Assembly (NCBI GenBank): GCA_016212005.1
Contig: JACRHP010000009.1
Location: forward strand, 6,560-70,559
Source of the DNA: Candidatus Omnitrophota bacterium
Lineage (GTDB): Bacteria > Omnitrophota > Gorgyraeia > Zapsychrales > Zapsychraceae
Direction: 5' to 3'
Length of the DNA stretch: 64,000 nt
Below the pieces are notes generated by a model that was not told the origin of the DNA, did not search any database, and was given only the letters and a program-made list of their open reading frames with translations. The position numbers and the translations under genes were made by a program. Below are positions 1 through 10,076 of this stretch, piece after piece. Within the stretch, counting starts at the first letter, position 1. Every line of letters begins with the position of its first letter.

Positions 1-1
1 C

Positions 2-253
2 CCGCAGCTTTCTGAAGAACGCCGCCAGGAACTTAAAAAAGTCGTCAAGGAAATGGCCGAGAAGTCGCGTGTTTCGCTTCGTACGATCCGCCGGGATGCC
101 AACGACCGGATTAAAAAGCTGCAGAATGAAAAAACCGTTCCCGAGGACGAAGCTTTTAAAGCGCAGGATGAGATCCAAAAGTTGACGGATCGTTTCATCA
201 AAGAAATTGACGCGCTTCTGGAAGACAAAAGCAAAGCGCTGGTTGAGTTGTAA
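2..253 (+). CDS. frr: Ribosome recycling factor, C-terminal part (5' end lies outside the window)
   Basis: The translation ending ...RDANDRIKKLQNEKTVPEDEAFKAQDEIQKLTDRFIKEIDALLEDK... is the typical RRF C-terminus. The ORF is open to the window edge. Confidence 0.8.
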   Translation, partial: PQLSEERRQELKKVVKEMAEKSRVSLRTIRRDANDRIKKLQNEKTVPEDEAFKAQDEIQKLTDRFIKEIDALLEDKSKALVEL

Positions 254-278
254 TCTTTTGACCCACTAGCTCATCCGG

Positions 279-349
279 CTCCGACACTCTGCTTTCAGCA
301 GAGGTCGGAGTTCCGACCCCTCGCCTTTGGCGAGGGTGTCGGAATAGAG
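279..349. repeat. REP-like element of two adjacent stem-loops (ctccgac..gtcggag and ttccgac..cctttgg..gtcggaa) ending in tagag
   Basis: Two perfect inverted repeats are seen directly. The same architecture recurs at 39745-39811 with compensatory stem changes. Confidence 0.6.
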
Positions 350-366
350 ATAGAGGATGATGGGGG

Positions 367-624
367 ATGGCATTTGTTTATATTTTAGAAAGCTTAAAAA
401 CGGGACGGTATTATATTGGCAGCACCAACGATGCAAAGAAACGGTTAGAGAGCCATAATGCTGCTCAAGTTCCTGCGACGAGAAATTTTAGACCGTATCG
501 ACAGGTGTTTTTAGCGAGATATGATGATATGAAAACTGCAAGAAGGGTTGAACTACGGTTGAAGGGGTTGAAACGGCGGGACTATATTGCCAAGATTATT
601 GAAAGTGGAAAGATTACATTCTGA
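367..624 (+). CDS. Small GIY-YIG nuclease family protein (YhbQ/UPF0213-like)
   Basis: VYIL...GRYYIGST...RLESHN...E motifs in an 85-aa protein. The stop codon TGA forms the first 3 nt of the 20-bp repeat that abuts tRNA-Lys. Confidence 0.75.
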   Translation: MAFVYILESLKTGRYYIGSTNDAKKRLESHNAAQVPATRNFRPYRQVFLARYDDMKTARRVELRLKGLKRRDYIAKIIESGKITF

Positions 625-695
625 CCCACTAGCTCATCCGGTAGAGCACTGCCCTTTTAAGGCAGGTGTGCCGCGTTCGAGTCGCGGGTGGGTCA
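623..695 (+). tRNA. tRNA-Lys (anticodon UUU)
   Basis: Manual cloverleaf: acceptor GACCCAC/GTGGGTC, anticodon stem CTGCC/GGCAG with loop CTTTTAA, T-loop TTCGAGT, discriminator A. CCA is not encoded. Confidence 0.85.
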
Positions 696-714
696 TTTTA
701 AAGCCCTTTAAGAG

Positions 715-799
715 GGGCGGATGGCGGAATTGGTAGACGCGCATGCCTTAGGAGCATGTGGGGAAACTCATAGAGGTTCAAGTCCTCTTCCGCCCACCA
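715..799 (+). tRNA. tRNA-Leu (anticodon UAG), class II with long variable arm
   Basis: Acceptor GGGCGGA/TCCGCCC, anticodon stem CATGC/GCATG with loop CTTAGGA, T-loop TTCAAGT. CCA is encoded. Confidence 0.85.
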
Positions 800-838
800 G
801 CTCTCTTTCAATATTTTATTTTAGGAAAAAGAGAGCTG
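799..838 (+). other. 10-bp perfect stem (agctctcttt/aaagagagct) enclosing an AT-rich loop of about 19 nt immediately after tRNA-Leu
   Basis: The inverted repeat is seen directly. Function unknown; it could be a processing or termination hairpin. Confidence 0.4.
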
Positions 839-946
839 TTGTCCCGAGCGACCATTGCGTAACGGTCAGTCGCGAGGGCTGAGGCGTGTAAGGTTTACGG
901 TCCCTCGTCACTGCAATTTTGGGCAGAGTGACTCGGGACAACGCAA
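839..946 (+). ncRNA. Unidentified structured RNA candidate with a 4-stem junction closed by an 11-bp helix
   Basis: The closing helix gttgtcccgag ... ctcgggacaac encloses three local stems (gcgacc/ggtc-gtcgc, gaggg/ccctc, ctgc/gcag). There is no ORF, and it sits between two tRNAs. Confidence 0.25.
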
Positions 947-963
947 AATTACTTCGTAATTTT

Positions 964-1037
964 GCGGCGGTAATTCAGTTGGCTAGAATGCCACCTTGCC
1001 AAGGTGGATGTCGTGGGTTCGAACCCCATCCGCCGCT
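964..1037 (+). tRNA. tRNA-Gly (anticodon GCC)
   Basis: Acceptor GCGGCGG/CCGCCGC, D-stem ATTC/GAAT, anticodon stem CCACC/GGTGG with loop TTGCCAA, T-loop TTCGAAC, discriminator U. CCA is not encoded. Confidence 0.85.
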
Positions 1038-1133
1038 TTTGTATTTAGAGTCCCTCATTCCATCGCTAAAAAAATTGCACACGTATAAAAAGGGTTAAGA
1101 TATCTCCGGGTATTTTTAAAAGAGGAGTATTCA

Positions 1134-1610
1134 ATGAAGATCATGGATTTTCTTGTTCCCAAGGCGGTTTCAACAGATCTTGCCAGCTCAAATAAAAAAG
1201 AAGTGATAGAAGAATTACTCGGGTTGTTAATTGATGCCGGTGCCGTTGAAAAAAAACACAAGAACACGGTGCTCGAGGTTCTGTTGGCGCGTGAGGCGTT
1301 GGGATCAACGGCGATTGGGCAAGGGATTGCCATCCCGCATGGAAAATGCGATTGCGTCAAAAAACTGGTCGGTTGTTTAGGTGTCAGCAAATCCGGTATC
1401 GATTTTGATTCTCTTGACGGTGAACCAGCGTATATATTCTTCCTCTTGGTTGCTCCTGCCGATTCCGCCGGCCCGCATCTTAAGGCGTTGGCAAAGATTT
1501 CACGTTTATTAAAAGACAAATATATCCGTGAAAGTTTGAAATCCGTCAGGGACGAGAAGGCCATGTTACAGATCATCCAGCAGGAAGACGGCCGTTTGTC
1601 GAAAATCTAG
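1134..1610 (+). CDS. ptsN: PTS EIIA-Ntr (nitrogen regulatory IIA protein)
   Basis: EIIA fructose/Ntr family with the GIAIPHG active-site histidine motif. An AGAGGAG ribosome-binding site lies upstream. Confidence 0.85.
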   Translation: MKIMDFLVPKAVSTDLASSNKKEVIEELLGLLIDAGAVEKKHKNTVLEVLLAREALGSTAIGQGIAIPHGKCDCVKKLVGCLGVSKSGIDFDSLDGEPAYIFFLLVAPADSAGPHLKALAKISRLLKDKYIRESLKSVRDEKAMLQIIQQEDGRLSKI

Positions 1611-1612
1611 CC

Positions 1613-2854
1613 ATGCCTCAAAATCCGTTTAAGTGGTTATACCCCGGCATGAAAGTAAAACGTTGGCTGTTTGCTTCCTTGCTAGGGGTAGTGATCGTCG
1701 GCGCCGGCGCCGTTTTGGCAGCCGAACCATACCCTTTTGTCAGCGTGATCGGTATCCTTTGGATACTGTGCGGCATGGTTTTCATTGTCATGGGTATGGG
1801 CAAGATGATCGTTTCGCTTTTGACGTTATTTCTTCCTAAAGGCGAACGCGAACTCGTCAATATCCTTTATCAGAAACGTTATCTCGAACGCGGTCCCAAA
1901 ATCGTCGTGGTCGGCGGCGGCCACGGTCTTTCCCATTTGATTTTTGGCCTTAAAGAATATACGGCCAATATTACGGCGATTGTGACGGTTGCCGACAGTG
2001 GAGGCTCTTCCGGACGGTTACGGGAGGAATTCAACATTGTCGCGCCCGGCGATATCCGTAATTGTCTGGTGGCGTTGGCCGACGCGCCGGCGTTGATGGG
2101 AGAACTTTTTCAATTTCGATTTTCCAAAGATTCAGAATTAAAAGGGCACAATTTCGGCAATTTGTTTTTAACGGCGATGGTGCAATTGACCGACGGTGAC
2201 TTTGAACGGGCGGTCAAGGAAACAAGCAAAGTCCTCGCCATCCGCGGCAGCGTTGTCCCTTCAACGGTCAGTAACGTTCATTTGGTTGCCGAGTATGCGG
2301 ACGGGACGCGAACTCAAGGGGAAGCCAGTATCCCGAACCCTAATTCAAGAGTGAAAAGGGTATATCTCACGGATGAAGACGCGTATCCAACGGCCGATGC
2401 CCTGGAGGCGATCGCGCAGGCCGATGTGGTTATACTGGGTCCCGGGAGCCTTTATACAAGCGTTATCCCGAATCTCATAGTCAAGGGCATGAGCGAGGCG
2501 ATCGCCAAATCACAAGCATTCAAGATCTACGTGTGTAATGTCATGACCCAGCATGGGGAGACGGATAATTATTCGGCCAGTGATCATGTGCAGGCAATAG
2601 TTGACCATTCCAATAAGGATGTTCTGGACGCGTGCCTGATTAATAATATAACGGCCCCGATAGAAGCGTTAAAACGGTACCAGGGGGAGGGGTCGTATCC
2701 GGTTGTCCCGGACACCGAGAAGATCCAGGAGATGGGATATAAAGTGGTCGCCACTGATCTTTTGGGCGTGACGGATTATGTCCGTCACGATTCTAAAAAA
2801 TTGAATCAGGCGTTGATTAAGTTGATTGAAACGCATCGGGTGATCCGTCGGTAG
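1613..2854 (+). CDS. YvcK/CofD-like gluconeogenesis-factor family protein with an extra N-terminal transmembrane segment
   Basis: VVVGGGHG...DSGGSSG...GDIRNCL motifs, preceded by about 80 hydrophobic residues. Confidence 0.75.
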   Translation: MPQNPFKWLYPGMKVKRWLFASLLGVVIVGAGAVLAAEPYPFVSVIGILWILCGMVFIVMGMGKMIVSLLTLFLPKGERELVNILYQKRYLERGPKIVVVGGGHGLSHLIFGLKEYTANITAIVTVADSGGSSGRLREEFNIVAPGDIRNCLVALADAPALMGELFQFRFSKDSELKGHNFGNLFLTAMVQLTDGDFERAVKETSKVLAIRGSVVPSTVSNVHLVAEYADGTRTQGEASIPNPNSRVKRVYLTDEDAYPTADALEAIAQADVVILGPGSLYTSVIPNLIVKGMSEAIAKSQAFKIYVCNVMTQHGETDNYSASDHVQAIVDHSNKDVLDACLINNITAPIEALKRYQGEGSYPVVPDTEKIQEMGYKVVATDLLGVTDYVRHDSKKLNQALIKLIETHRVIRR

Positions 2855-2877
2855 CTGATGTCCAGGCGGGTAAGTCT

Positions 2878-3147
2878 ATGGCCAGAATCCAGGCAGACAT
2901 TACAATCAAAAATCCACAAGGGCTTCATGCCCGGCCGGCGGCGATGTTCGTTCAGGCTGCTTCAAAATATAACTCAAATGTTACCATTCAAAAAGGCGAC
3001 GAACGCGTCAACGGCAAATCCATTATGGGGATCTTAACGCTGGGGATTGAGAAAAACAGTAGAATTGTCCTTGAGGCCGATGGGGATGATGCCGACGAAG
3101 TGATGGCTGAATTGACAGCGCTTTTGACGAAAGAGAGCATCGAATGA
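2878..3147 (+). CDS. ptsH: Phosphocarrier protein HPr
   Basis: GLHARPA His15 motif in an 89-aa protein. Confidence 0.9.
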   Translation: MARIQADITIKNPQGLHARPAAMFVQAASKYNSNVTIQKGDERVNGKSIMGILTLGIEKNSRIVLEADGDDADEVMAELTALLTKESIE

Positions 3148-4916
3148 GTGAAGTTATTTTAAAAGGTATTGCGGCCGCGCCCGGCATCGTATCCGGTTTC
3201 GCTTTTATCCTGGACAAGCAGGAATTCATCGTCCCCCCCCGGGCCATTATGGAAAAGGAAGTGCCGATTGAAATCGCTCGCTTTGAGGAAGCACTCATCA
3301 AGGCCCGCGAGGAAATTCTCAGCATTCAAAAAAGAATGACGACAGAGTTCCAGGGGCTTCATGCGCAAATCTTTGACGCGCACCTTCTGGTCCTGGAGGA
3401 CCGCACACTGATCGAAGAAGTCATCAAACGCATCAAGGAAGAACGGTTCTCGGCAGAATATGTATTTTTTGAGGTTTTGAGGAAATATATCAAGATATTT
3501 TCTAATATTGAGGACGAATATTTACGCGAAAGGGTCGGGGATATCAATGACGTCGGCCGGCGCATTTTAAAGAACTTAATGGATGAAAGCAAGCTTCATG
3601 AACTTGATCATCTGACTGAAGAGCTGATTATTGTCAGCCACGACCTTTCGCCGTCCGATACCGCCACCATGTATAACAAAAATATCAGGGCTTTTGTAAC
3701 CGATATCGGCGGCCGGACTTCGCATACGGCCATCATGGCAAAATCGCTGGGCGTGCCGGCGGTGGTCGGGTTAAAAGACGCGACCTTGCGTATTAATAAC
3801 CAGGATTACATCATCGTCGATGGCCGCAAAGGGCTTGTCATTCTTAACCCCGGCCCGGAAACAAAAGCTTTGTATAAAGTGGAACAGAACCGTATCGAGG
3901 AATTCCGTGACCGGTATAGCGACCTGCGTGATTTGCCCAGCGAGACGCCGGATGGCAGGAGGATCGTCCTTTTGGCGAATCTGGAACTGCCGGAGGAAAT
4001 CCCGACGGTCAAAAAGCAGGGAGCCGAGGGGATCGGTTTGTACCGCACCGAATATTTTTATATGAACCGCGTCGATTTGCCATCGGAAGAAGAGCAGTAC
4101 AAGGCCTACAAACATGTGGCGGAAACGATGGCGCCTCATCCGGTCACGATACGAACGCTGGATTTGGGGGGCGATAAGTTTATTTCCAGTTTGCAGATCC
4201 CGCGCGAGATGTATCCGTTCCTGGGATGGCGGGCTATCCGTTTCTGCCTGGCGCGGCCGGACATTTTCAAGACCCAGTTGAGCGCCATCTTGCGGGCATC
4301 TGTGCACGGCAACGTCCGGCTTATGTACCCGATGATCACGGGTCCCGGTGAATTCCGCCAGGCTAACGCCATCCTTGAGGAAGTCAAGCGGAACCTTAAA
4401 GAAGAAAATATCCCTTTTAAAACAGACATGGAAGTTGGCGTCATGATCGAAACGCCTTCTGCCGCCATGACCGCGGACCTTTTGGCGAAAGAAGCGAATT
4501 TTTTTAGCATCGGGACCAATGACCTTATCCAGTACACATTGGCGGTCGACAGGGTAAACGAACAAACAGCGCATTTGTATGAGCCCGGACACCCGTCTGT
4601 CTTGCGGCTGATCAAAAATACGATTGAAGCGGCGCATAAAGAAAATATCAAGGTCGGGCTTTGCGGAGAAATGTGCAGTGAACCAATCCTGGCGCTAATC
4701 TTGCTCGGGCTGAACCTGGATGAATTCAGCATGTCTCCGCTGCAGATCCCTCAAATCAAAAAGCTCGTCCGGTCCGTAAAATGGACAGACGCGCAAAAAG
4801 TCGCCGAGGAAGTGTTGAAATTGTCTACAGGTGATGAGGTCGAGGAATTAAGCCATGTACGGCTGCAGGAACTCGCGCCGCATATTATCGGCACCGCACG
4901 GAGCAACGCAAGATGA
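3144..4916 (+). CDS. ptsI: PEP-protein phosphotransferase (Enzyme I)
   Basis: [21 protein letters not shown] phosphohistidine region and a PEP-utilising C-domain. Overlaps the ptsH stop. Confidence 0.9.
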   Translation: MSEVILKGIAAAPGIVSGFAFILDKQEFIVPPRAIMEKEVPIEIARFEEALIKAREEILSIQKRMTTEFQGLHAQIFDAHLLVLEDRTLIEEVIKRIKEERFSAEYVFFEVLRKYIKIFSNIEDEYLRERVGDINDVGRRILKNLMDESKLHELDHLTEELIIVSHDLSPSDTATMYNKNIRAFVTDIGGRTSHTAIMAKSLGVPAVVGLKDATLRINNQDYIIVDGRKGLVILNPGPETKALYKVEQNRIEEFRDRYSDLRDLPSETPDGRRIVLLANLELPEEIPTVKKQGAEGIGLYRTEYFYMNRVDLPSEEEQYKAYKHVAETMAPHPVTIRTLDLGGDKFISSLQIPREMYPFLGWRAIRFCLARPDIFKTQLSAILRASVHGNVRLMYPMITGPGEFRQANAILEEVKRNLKEENIPFKTDMEVGVMIETPSAAMTADLLAKEANFFSIGTNDLIQYTLAVDRVNEQTAHLYEPGHPSVLRLIKNTIEAAHKENIKVGLCGEMCSEPILALILLGLNLDEFSMSPLQIPQIKKLVRSVKWTDAQKVAEEVLKLSTGDEVEELSHVRLQELAPHIIGTARSNAR

Positions 4917-5659
4917 AGGCCTTGATCCTTGCCGGAGGATATGGAACGAGGCTGCACGCGCTGGGTAAAGATACTCCCAAAGCGTTGTTAGAGGTCGGGC
5001 CCCAGTGTCTGTTGGAGTATATTATAGAGGAAATTACCCCCCTGGAGAGTTTGAAAGAAATCTTACTGGTTACCAATAACAAATTCTACCAGACCTTCCG
5101 TCGCTGGGCGGATGATTATGGTTATTCAGGGAAGATAAGGATCATCAACGACGGAACAAACAGCCCGGAAGACAGGTTGGGGTCCATCGGAGATATCGAT
5201 TTTGTCATCCGCAGCGAACAAATTAACGATGACTTGCTTGTCATAGGCGGTGACAACCTTTTTGACGGCGATTTGAGGGCATATTCGCAATTTGCGAAGA
5301 CAAAAGCTCCGCTGGTGACTATCGGTCTTTATAATATCGGCAAGCTGGATGACGCGAAGCGTTTCGGCGTTGTCGCTTTGGACAGTCAGCGCAAGATCAT
5401 TTCCTTTGAAGAGAAGCCGGCCAAGCCGCGCTCCACGTTGATTGCCATGTGCCTGTATTATTTCCCTCAAAAATCTCTTGGCCATATTAGCGATTATCTG
5501 CTAGAATCTGGCAAATCGGACACGGCCGGCGATTATATCCGCTGGTTGTCGGAACAGCTCACTGTTTATGGTTTTGAATTTCATGGGAAATGGTATGACA
5601 TTGGCAGTGTTGAGTCGTACCGGGAAGCCCAGAATGATTTTCGCGCGGGCGAAGAATAA
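4913..5659 (+). CDS. Sugar-phosphate nucleotidyltransferase (NTP_transferase family)
   Basis: [12 protein letters not shown] Rossmann motif. Start overlaps the ptsI stop (ATGA). Confidence 0.7.
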   Translation: MKALILAGGYGTRLHALGKDTPKALLEVGPQCLLEYIIEEITPLESLKEILLVTNNKFYQTFRRWADDYGYSGKIRIINDGTNSPEDRLGSIGDIDFVIRSEQINDDLLVIGGDNLFDGDLRAYSQFAKTKAPLVTIGLYNIGKLDDAKRFGVVALDSQRKIISFEEKPAKPRSTLIAMCLYYFPQKSLGHISDYLLESGKSDTAGDYIRWLSEQLTVYGFEFHGKWYDIGSVESYREAQNDFRAGEE

Positions 5660-5699
5660 TTTTTCATAGTGTTACTTATCTAAGAAAGGATGGTCGGCA

Positions 5700-6863
5700 G
5701 TGAAAGGAAAATATTACCTCACATCGGAATCCGTAGGCAATGGTCATCCTGATAAAGTTTGCGATCAAATTTCGGACGCGGTTTTGGACTCGGTTTTACG
5801 CGAGGACCCGATGGGTCGTGTGGCGTGCGAAACGTTCATTACGACCGGATTGGTCATCGTTGGGGGAGAAATTACCACCAAGACCTATATCGATGTGCAA
5901 AAACTTGTCCGCCGCGTTTTGACCGACATTGGATACACAGACCATAAATACGGCTTTAATTCCGTGACCTGCGGAGTTTTAAACGCTATCGTCGGCCAGT
6001 CGCCGGACATCGCTCAAGGTGTCGATGCGGGCGGCGCCGGTGACCAGGGGATCATGATCGGCTATGCCTGCGATGAAACTCCCGAACTCATGCCGTTGCC
6101 GATCGTCCTGGCCCATAAACTTGTTCAGCGGGTCGAAGAGGTCAGAAAGAACGGGACACTAAAATATCTGGGGCCGGATTGCAAGAGCCAGGTCACGGTC
6201 GAATACGAAGATGGAACACCCAAGCGCGTTGATGCCGTTGTTCTGGCCTGCCAGCATACCGAGGAAATTCTGGATAAAACCGGCAAGAAAATTACTGATG
6301 AAGCTCGAAATGAAATTATTAAAACGATTGCCACACCGATCCTTGGCAAATTAACGGACAGCCAGACAAAATATTACGTTAATGAAACAGGTAAGTTCGT
6401 TGTCGGAGGCCCGCAATCGGACACGGGGATGACCGGCCGCAAGATCATCGTGGATACCTATGGCGGCGTTGTTTCGCACGGCGGCGGCGCTTTCTCCGGC
6501 AAGGACCCGACCAAGGTCGACCGTTCCGCGACTTACATGGCCCGCTATGTCGCCAAGAATATCGTGGCGGCCAAACTGGCGCACAAGTGCTGGGTCCAGT
6601 TCAGTTATGTCATCGGCCGCGCCGATCCGGTCAGTGTTATGATCGATACCTTCGGAACCGGCAAGATCTCCGAGCAGGATCTCGTGGATCTGGTCCGTAA
6701 GAATTTTGATCTCACCCCGCAGGGGATCATCCGGGATCTCGATTTGCAAAAACCGATTTACCAGAAAACGGCCGCGTACGGACATTTCGGCCGGGAAGAA
6801 TTTTCATGGGAAAAAACATCCAAAGCCGCCGCGCTGGAAAAGGCGGCAACGGCCTTGCGGTAA
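5700..6863 (+). CDS. metK: S-adenosylmethionine synthetase
   Basis: [16 protein letters not shown] and the GGGAFSGKD loop. Start is GTG. Confidence 0.9.
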   Translation: MKGKYYLTSESVGNGHPDKVCDQISDAVLDSVLREDPMGRVACETFITTGLVIVGGEITTKTYIDVQKLVRRVLTDIGYTDHKYGFNSVTCGVLNAIVGQSPDIAQGVDAGGAGDQGIMIGYACDETPELMPLPIVLAHKLVQRVEEVRKNGTLKYLGPDCKSQVTVEYEDGTPKRVDAVVLACQHTEEILDKTGKKITDEARNEIIKTIATPILGKLTDSQTKYYVNETGKFVVGGPQSDTGMTGRKIIVDTYGGVVSHGGGAFSGKDPTKVDRSATYMARYVAKNIVAAKLAHKCWVQFSYVIGRADPVSVMIDTFGTGKISEQDLVDLVRKNFDLTPQGIIRDLDLQKPIYQKTAAYGHFGREEFSWEKTSKAAALEKAATALR

Positions 6864-6907
6864 AAACGCGCAAGCAGAACGTATTGGCTGTACCGAGACA
6901 AAAGATC

Positions 6908-8317
6908 ATGGTTAACGAAGTTAACGACTACAAAGTCAAAGATATGTCCCTGGCCTTGTGGGGCCACAAGGAAATCGAACTGGCGGAGGCAGAAATGCCA
7001 GGGTTAATGGCCTTGCAGGAGCGACATAAAGGTAAAAAGCCGCTGGCGGGTGCGCGGATCACCGGATCCCTGCATATGACCATTCAAACGGCGGTCCTCA
7101 TTAAAACTTTAAAAGCGCTGGGAGCTGACGTGCGTTGGGCCAGTTGTAATATTTTTTCCACCCAGGATCACGCGGCCGCGGCCATCGCCGATCTGGGGAT
7201 CCCGGTGTTTGCCTGGAAAGGTGAAACGCTTGAGGAATATTGGTGGTGCACCGAGCGCGCGCTGGCGTTCCCCGGCGGTAAGGGGCCGAATCTTATTGTC
7301 GATGACGGCGGCGATGCCACCTTGATGGTGCATAAAGGTTGCGAAGCTGAGAAAGATCCGCGCGTGCTGGACAAAAAAGTCGATACGGAGGATGAAACGG
7401 CTTTATATTTGTGTTTGAAGAAACTCTTGACCCAGGATAAAACAAGATGGCAGCGCGTCGCTAAAGAGATCAAGGGCGTTTCGGAGGAAACCACCACCGG
7501 CGTCCACCGGCTTTATCAGATGATGAAGGAAAATAAATTGTTATTTCCGGCCTTTAATGTCAATGACTCGGTCACCAAATCCAAATTCGATAATCTTTAC
7601 GGCTGCCGGGAATCGCTGGCCGACGGGATCAAGCGAGCCACGGATATCATGTTGGCCGGAAAAGTTGTCATTGTCTGCGGCTACGGCGACGTGGGCAAAG
7701 GCTGCGCGCAATCGATGCGCAGCTACGGCGCCCGTGTCCTCATCACCGAGATCGACCCGATCTGCGCCTTGCAGGCGTCCATGGAAGGATATGCCGTGCG
7801 AACGCTGGAAAGCGCATTGTCCGAAGGAAACATCTATGTTACCGCGACGGGAAATTGCGAAGTCATTACCGTGGAACATATGGCGAAAATGAAAGACAAG
7901 GCGATTGTGTGCAACATCGGCCACTTTGATAATGAAATTCAGATCGGCGCTTTAGAACGCGTGCCCGGCATCAAAAAGATCAACGTCAAACCGCAAGTCG
8001 ATGAATATCGCTTCCCGGATGGTCATTCCGTGATCATTCTGGCGGAAGGCCGGTTGGTCAATCTGGGCTGCGCCACAGGACATTCCTCTTTTGTCATGAG
8101 CAACTCATTTACCAACCAGACCTTGGCCCAGATCGAACTCTGGCAGAATACGCACAAGGTCGGCGTTTACCGTCTCCCCCAAACGCTTGATGAGGAAGTC
8201 GCCCGGCTGCATTTGGACCTTCTTGGGGCAAAACTTACCAAGCTCACGCGCAAGCAAGCCGATTACATCGGCGTCCCCGTTGAGGGGCCCTATAAGTCGG
8301 AACACTATCGTTATTAG
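6908..8317 (+). CDS. ahcY: Adenosylhomocysteinase
   Basis: SAHH family with an NAD-binding [10 protein letters not shown] motif. The track ORF starts at 6806, but the ATG at 6908 gives the canonical N-terminus after the metK stop. Confidence 0.88.
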   Translation: MVNEVNDYKVKDMSLALWGHKEIELAEAEMPGLMALQERHKGKKPLAGARITGSLHMTIQTAVLIKTLKALGADVRWASCNIFSTQDHAAAAIADLGIPVFAWKGETLEEYWWCTERALAFPGGKGPNLIVDDGGDATLMVHKGCEAEKDPRVLDKKVDTEDETALYLCLKKLLTQDKTRWQRVAKEIKGVSEETTTGVHRLYQMMKENKLLFPAFNVNDSVTKSKFDNLYGCRESLADGIKRATDIMLAGKVVIVCGYGDVGKGCAQSMRSYGARVLITEIDPICALQASMEGYAVRTLESALSEGNIYVTATGNCEVITVEHMAKMKDKAIVCNIGHFDNEIQIGALERVPGIKKINVKPQVDEYRFPDGHSVIILAEGRLVNLGCATGHSSFVMSNSFTNQTLAQIELWQNTHKVGVYRLPQTLDEEVARLHLDLLGAKLTKLTRKQADYIGVPVEGPYKSEHYRY

Positions 8318-8460
8318 TTTTTCGTAGGAATCCAAAGTCCCCCAACAGGTTGCGTAAGATCAAGCAATCAGCATTGCATTTGACGCTAAGGCGCCTGCTG
8401 TGTTAAAATAATCCCCAATTTATTATCTTTATTATTTGAAAACACCAGAAAGGAAAACCG

Positions 8461-9453
8461 ATGGCTAAAATTTATTATGATAAAGATGCCGATTTAAATG
8501 TATATAAAGGCCGGACCATCGCCATTGTGGGCTATGGTATTCAGGGCCGGGGCCAGGCGTTAAGCCTGCGCGATAGCGGCTTGAATGTTTTAGTCGCGCA
8601 AAGGCCGGGCGGCGTCAATTATGACCAGGCCAGGAAGGACGGTTTCGAGCCGGTTGAAGCGGATGTGGCGGCGAAAAAGGCCGATGTCATCATGATCCTG
8701 ACCCAGGACCATGTGCAGGGCGAACTTTATCGCAAGTCCATCAAGCGGTATCTGAAAAAAGGAAAATCTTTGGCCTTTTCCCACGGATTTAATATCCATT
8801 TCGGACAGATCAAGCCGTCGGCGGATGTGGATGTGTGGATGATCGCGCCCAAAGGGCCGGGGGCGCTGGTACGCCGGCAATTCGAAGAAGGCAAAGGTGT
8901 TCCATGCCTGGTCGCGATCTATCAAAACGCGTCGGGGAACGCCTTGAAGGACGCGTTGGCGTATGCCAAGGGCATCGGCGGCGGCCGCGCGGGAATTTTT
9001 GAAACGACTTTTAAGGAAGAAACCGAAACCGATCTTTTTGGTGAGCAGGTTGTTTTGTGCGGTGGAACAAGCGCGTTGATCAAAGCCGGTTACGAGACCC
9101 TCATCGAAGCGGGCTACGCGCCGGAGATGGCATACTTTGAATGTGTGCATGAATTAAAATTGATCGTCGATCTGATCTATGAAGGCGGGATCATCGGCAT
9201 GCGCCAGCGGGTTTCCGACACGGCGGAATATGGAGATTACACGCGTGGACCACGCATCATCACCGAGCGCACCCGCAAGGAAATGAAAAAGATCTTAAAA
9301 GAGATTCAGTCTGGCAAGTTCGCGCGGGAATGGATGCGTGAGAATAAAAAAGGCCGGCCGAATTTCAACAAGTACCGGGAAGATTCCCAAAATCATCCCG
9401 TTGAAAAAGTCGGCAAAGAATTGCGCGCCATGATGTCGTGGATGAAGAAATGA
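8461..9453 (+). CDS. ilvC: Ketol-acid reductoisomerase
   Basis: YYDKDADL...[22 protein letters not shown]-terminus. Confidence 0.9.
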   Translation: MAKIYYDKDADLNVYKGRTIAIVGYGIQGRGQALSLRDSGLNVLVAQRPGGVNYDQARKDGFEPVEADVAAKKADVIMILTQDHVQGELYRKSIKRYLKKGKSLAFSHGFNIHFGQIKPSADVDVWMIAPKGPGALVRRQFEEGKGVPCLVAIYQNASGNALKDALAYAKGIGGGRAGIFETTFKEETETDLFGEQVVLCGGTSALIKAGYETLIEAGYAPEMAYFECVHELKLIVDLIYEGGIIGMRQRVSDTAEYGDYTRGPRIITERTRKEMKKILKEIQSGKFAREWMRENKKGRPNFNKYREDSQNHPVEKVGKELRAMMSWMKK

Positions 9454-10076
9454 AGCTTCACTTAGGCTGCGGCACGAAGAAATTGGAAGGCTGGATCAAT
9501 ATCGATTCGGTGCCGGAATGCCGGCCGGATCTGGTACACGACATCACCAAGCCTTTGCCGTATGCCGATCAGGCGGCCGACGAACTGCTCGCTGAAGACC
9601 TGCTGGAACACTTTGATAAATATATCCGGTATCTGGTTTTTTATGAATGGACGCGGGTATTGAAGGTCGGCGGAAAAATCACACTGCAAGTGCCGGATTT
9701 TAAAACGATCCTTTTGCGGTATTTTAAGTTCGGATACGATAATTTCGTGGATTTTATTTTCGGCGAGAATTTGTGGGAATCCAGGATTTATATCGGACAT
9801 TTCGGTAATCATAAATGGGGATATTCGCAAAAGACGTTAAAAGAGTTCGTCAATATTTTTGGGATTGAAACAACGAATATTCGTAGAATCGGTTTGAATA
9901 TCCGACTCGAAGGCGTTAAAGGCCGGCATGTCACGCTCGATGAACTGGATAATGTCACGATATATTCGCACGCCAATCGATTTGGCAATGGGCAAGAACG
10001 GGTAACGTTAAAATTCGCCCGTGAAGCTATTAAAAAGTTTCAGGAAACGACCGAAAAGTCAGGGGCATTACGATGA
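9450..10076 (+). CDS. Class I SAM-dependent methyltransferase (Methyltransf_11/23-like)
   Basis: [17 protein letters not shown] motif I. ATGA overlaps with both the ilvC stop and the leuA start. A GTG alternative start lies at 9438. Confidence 0.65.
   Translation: MKLHLGCGTKKLEGWINIDSVPECRPDLVHDITKPLPYADQAADELLAEDLLEHFDKYIRYLVFYEWTRVLKVGGKITLQVPDFKTILLRYFKFGYDNFVDFIFGENLWESRIYIGHFGNHKWGYSQKTLKEFVNIFGIETTNIRRIGLNIRLEGVKGRHVTLDELDNVTIYSHANRFGNGQERVTLKFAREAIKKFQETTEKSGALR

Noticed and set aside
3771-4637. 288-aa minus-strand ORF
   Set aside because: It lies wholly inside ptsI, which has unambiguous Enzyme I homology on the + strand. It has no recognisable motifs and is an arginine-rich antisense translation.
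5660-5699. SAM riboswitch upstream of metK
   Set aside because: The leader is only about 40 nt, too short for any SAM riboswitch class.
6806-6907. N-terminal 34-codon extension of ahcY in the ORF track
   Set aside because: It overlaps the metK 3' end. The ATG at 6908 gives the canonical SAHH N-terminus.
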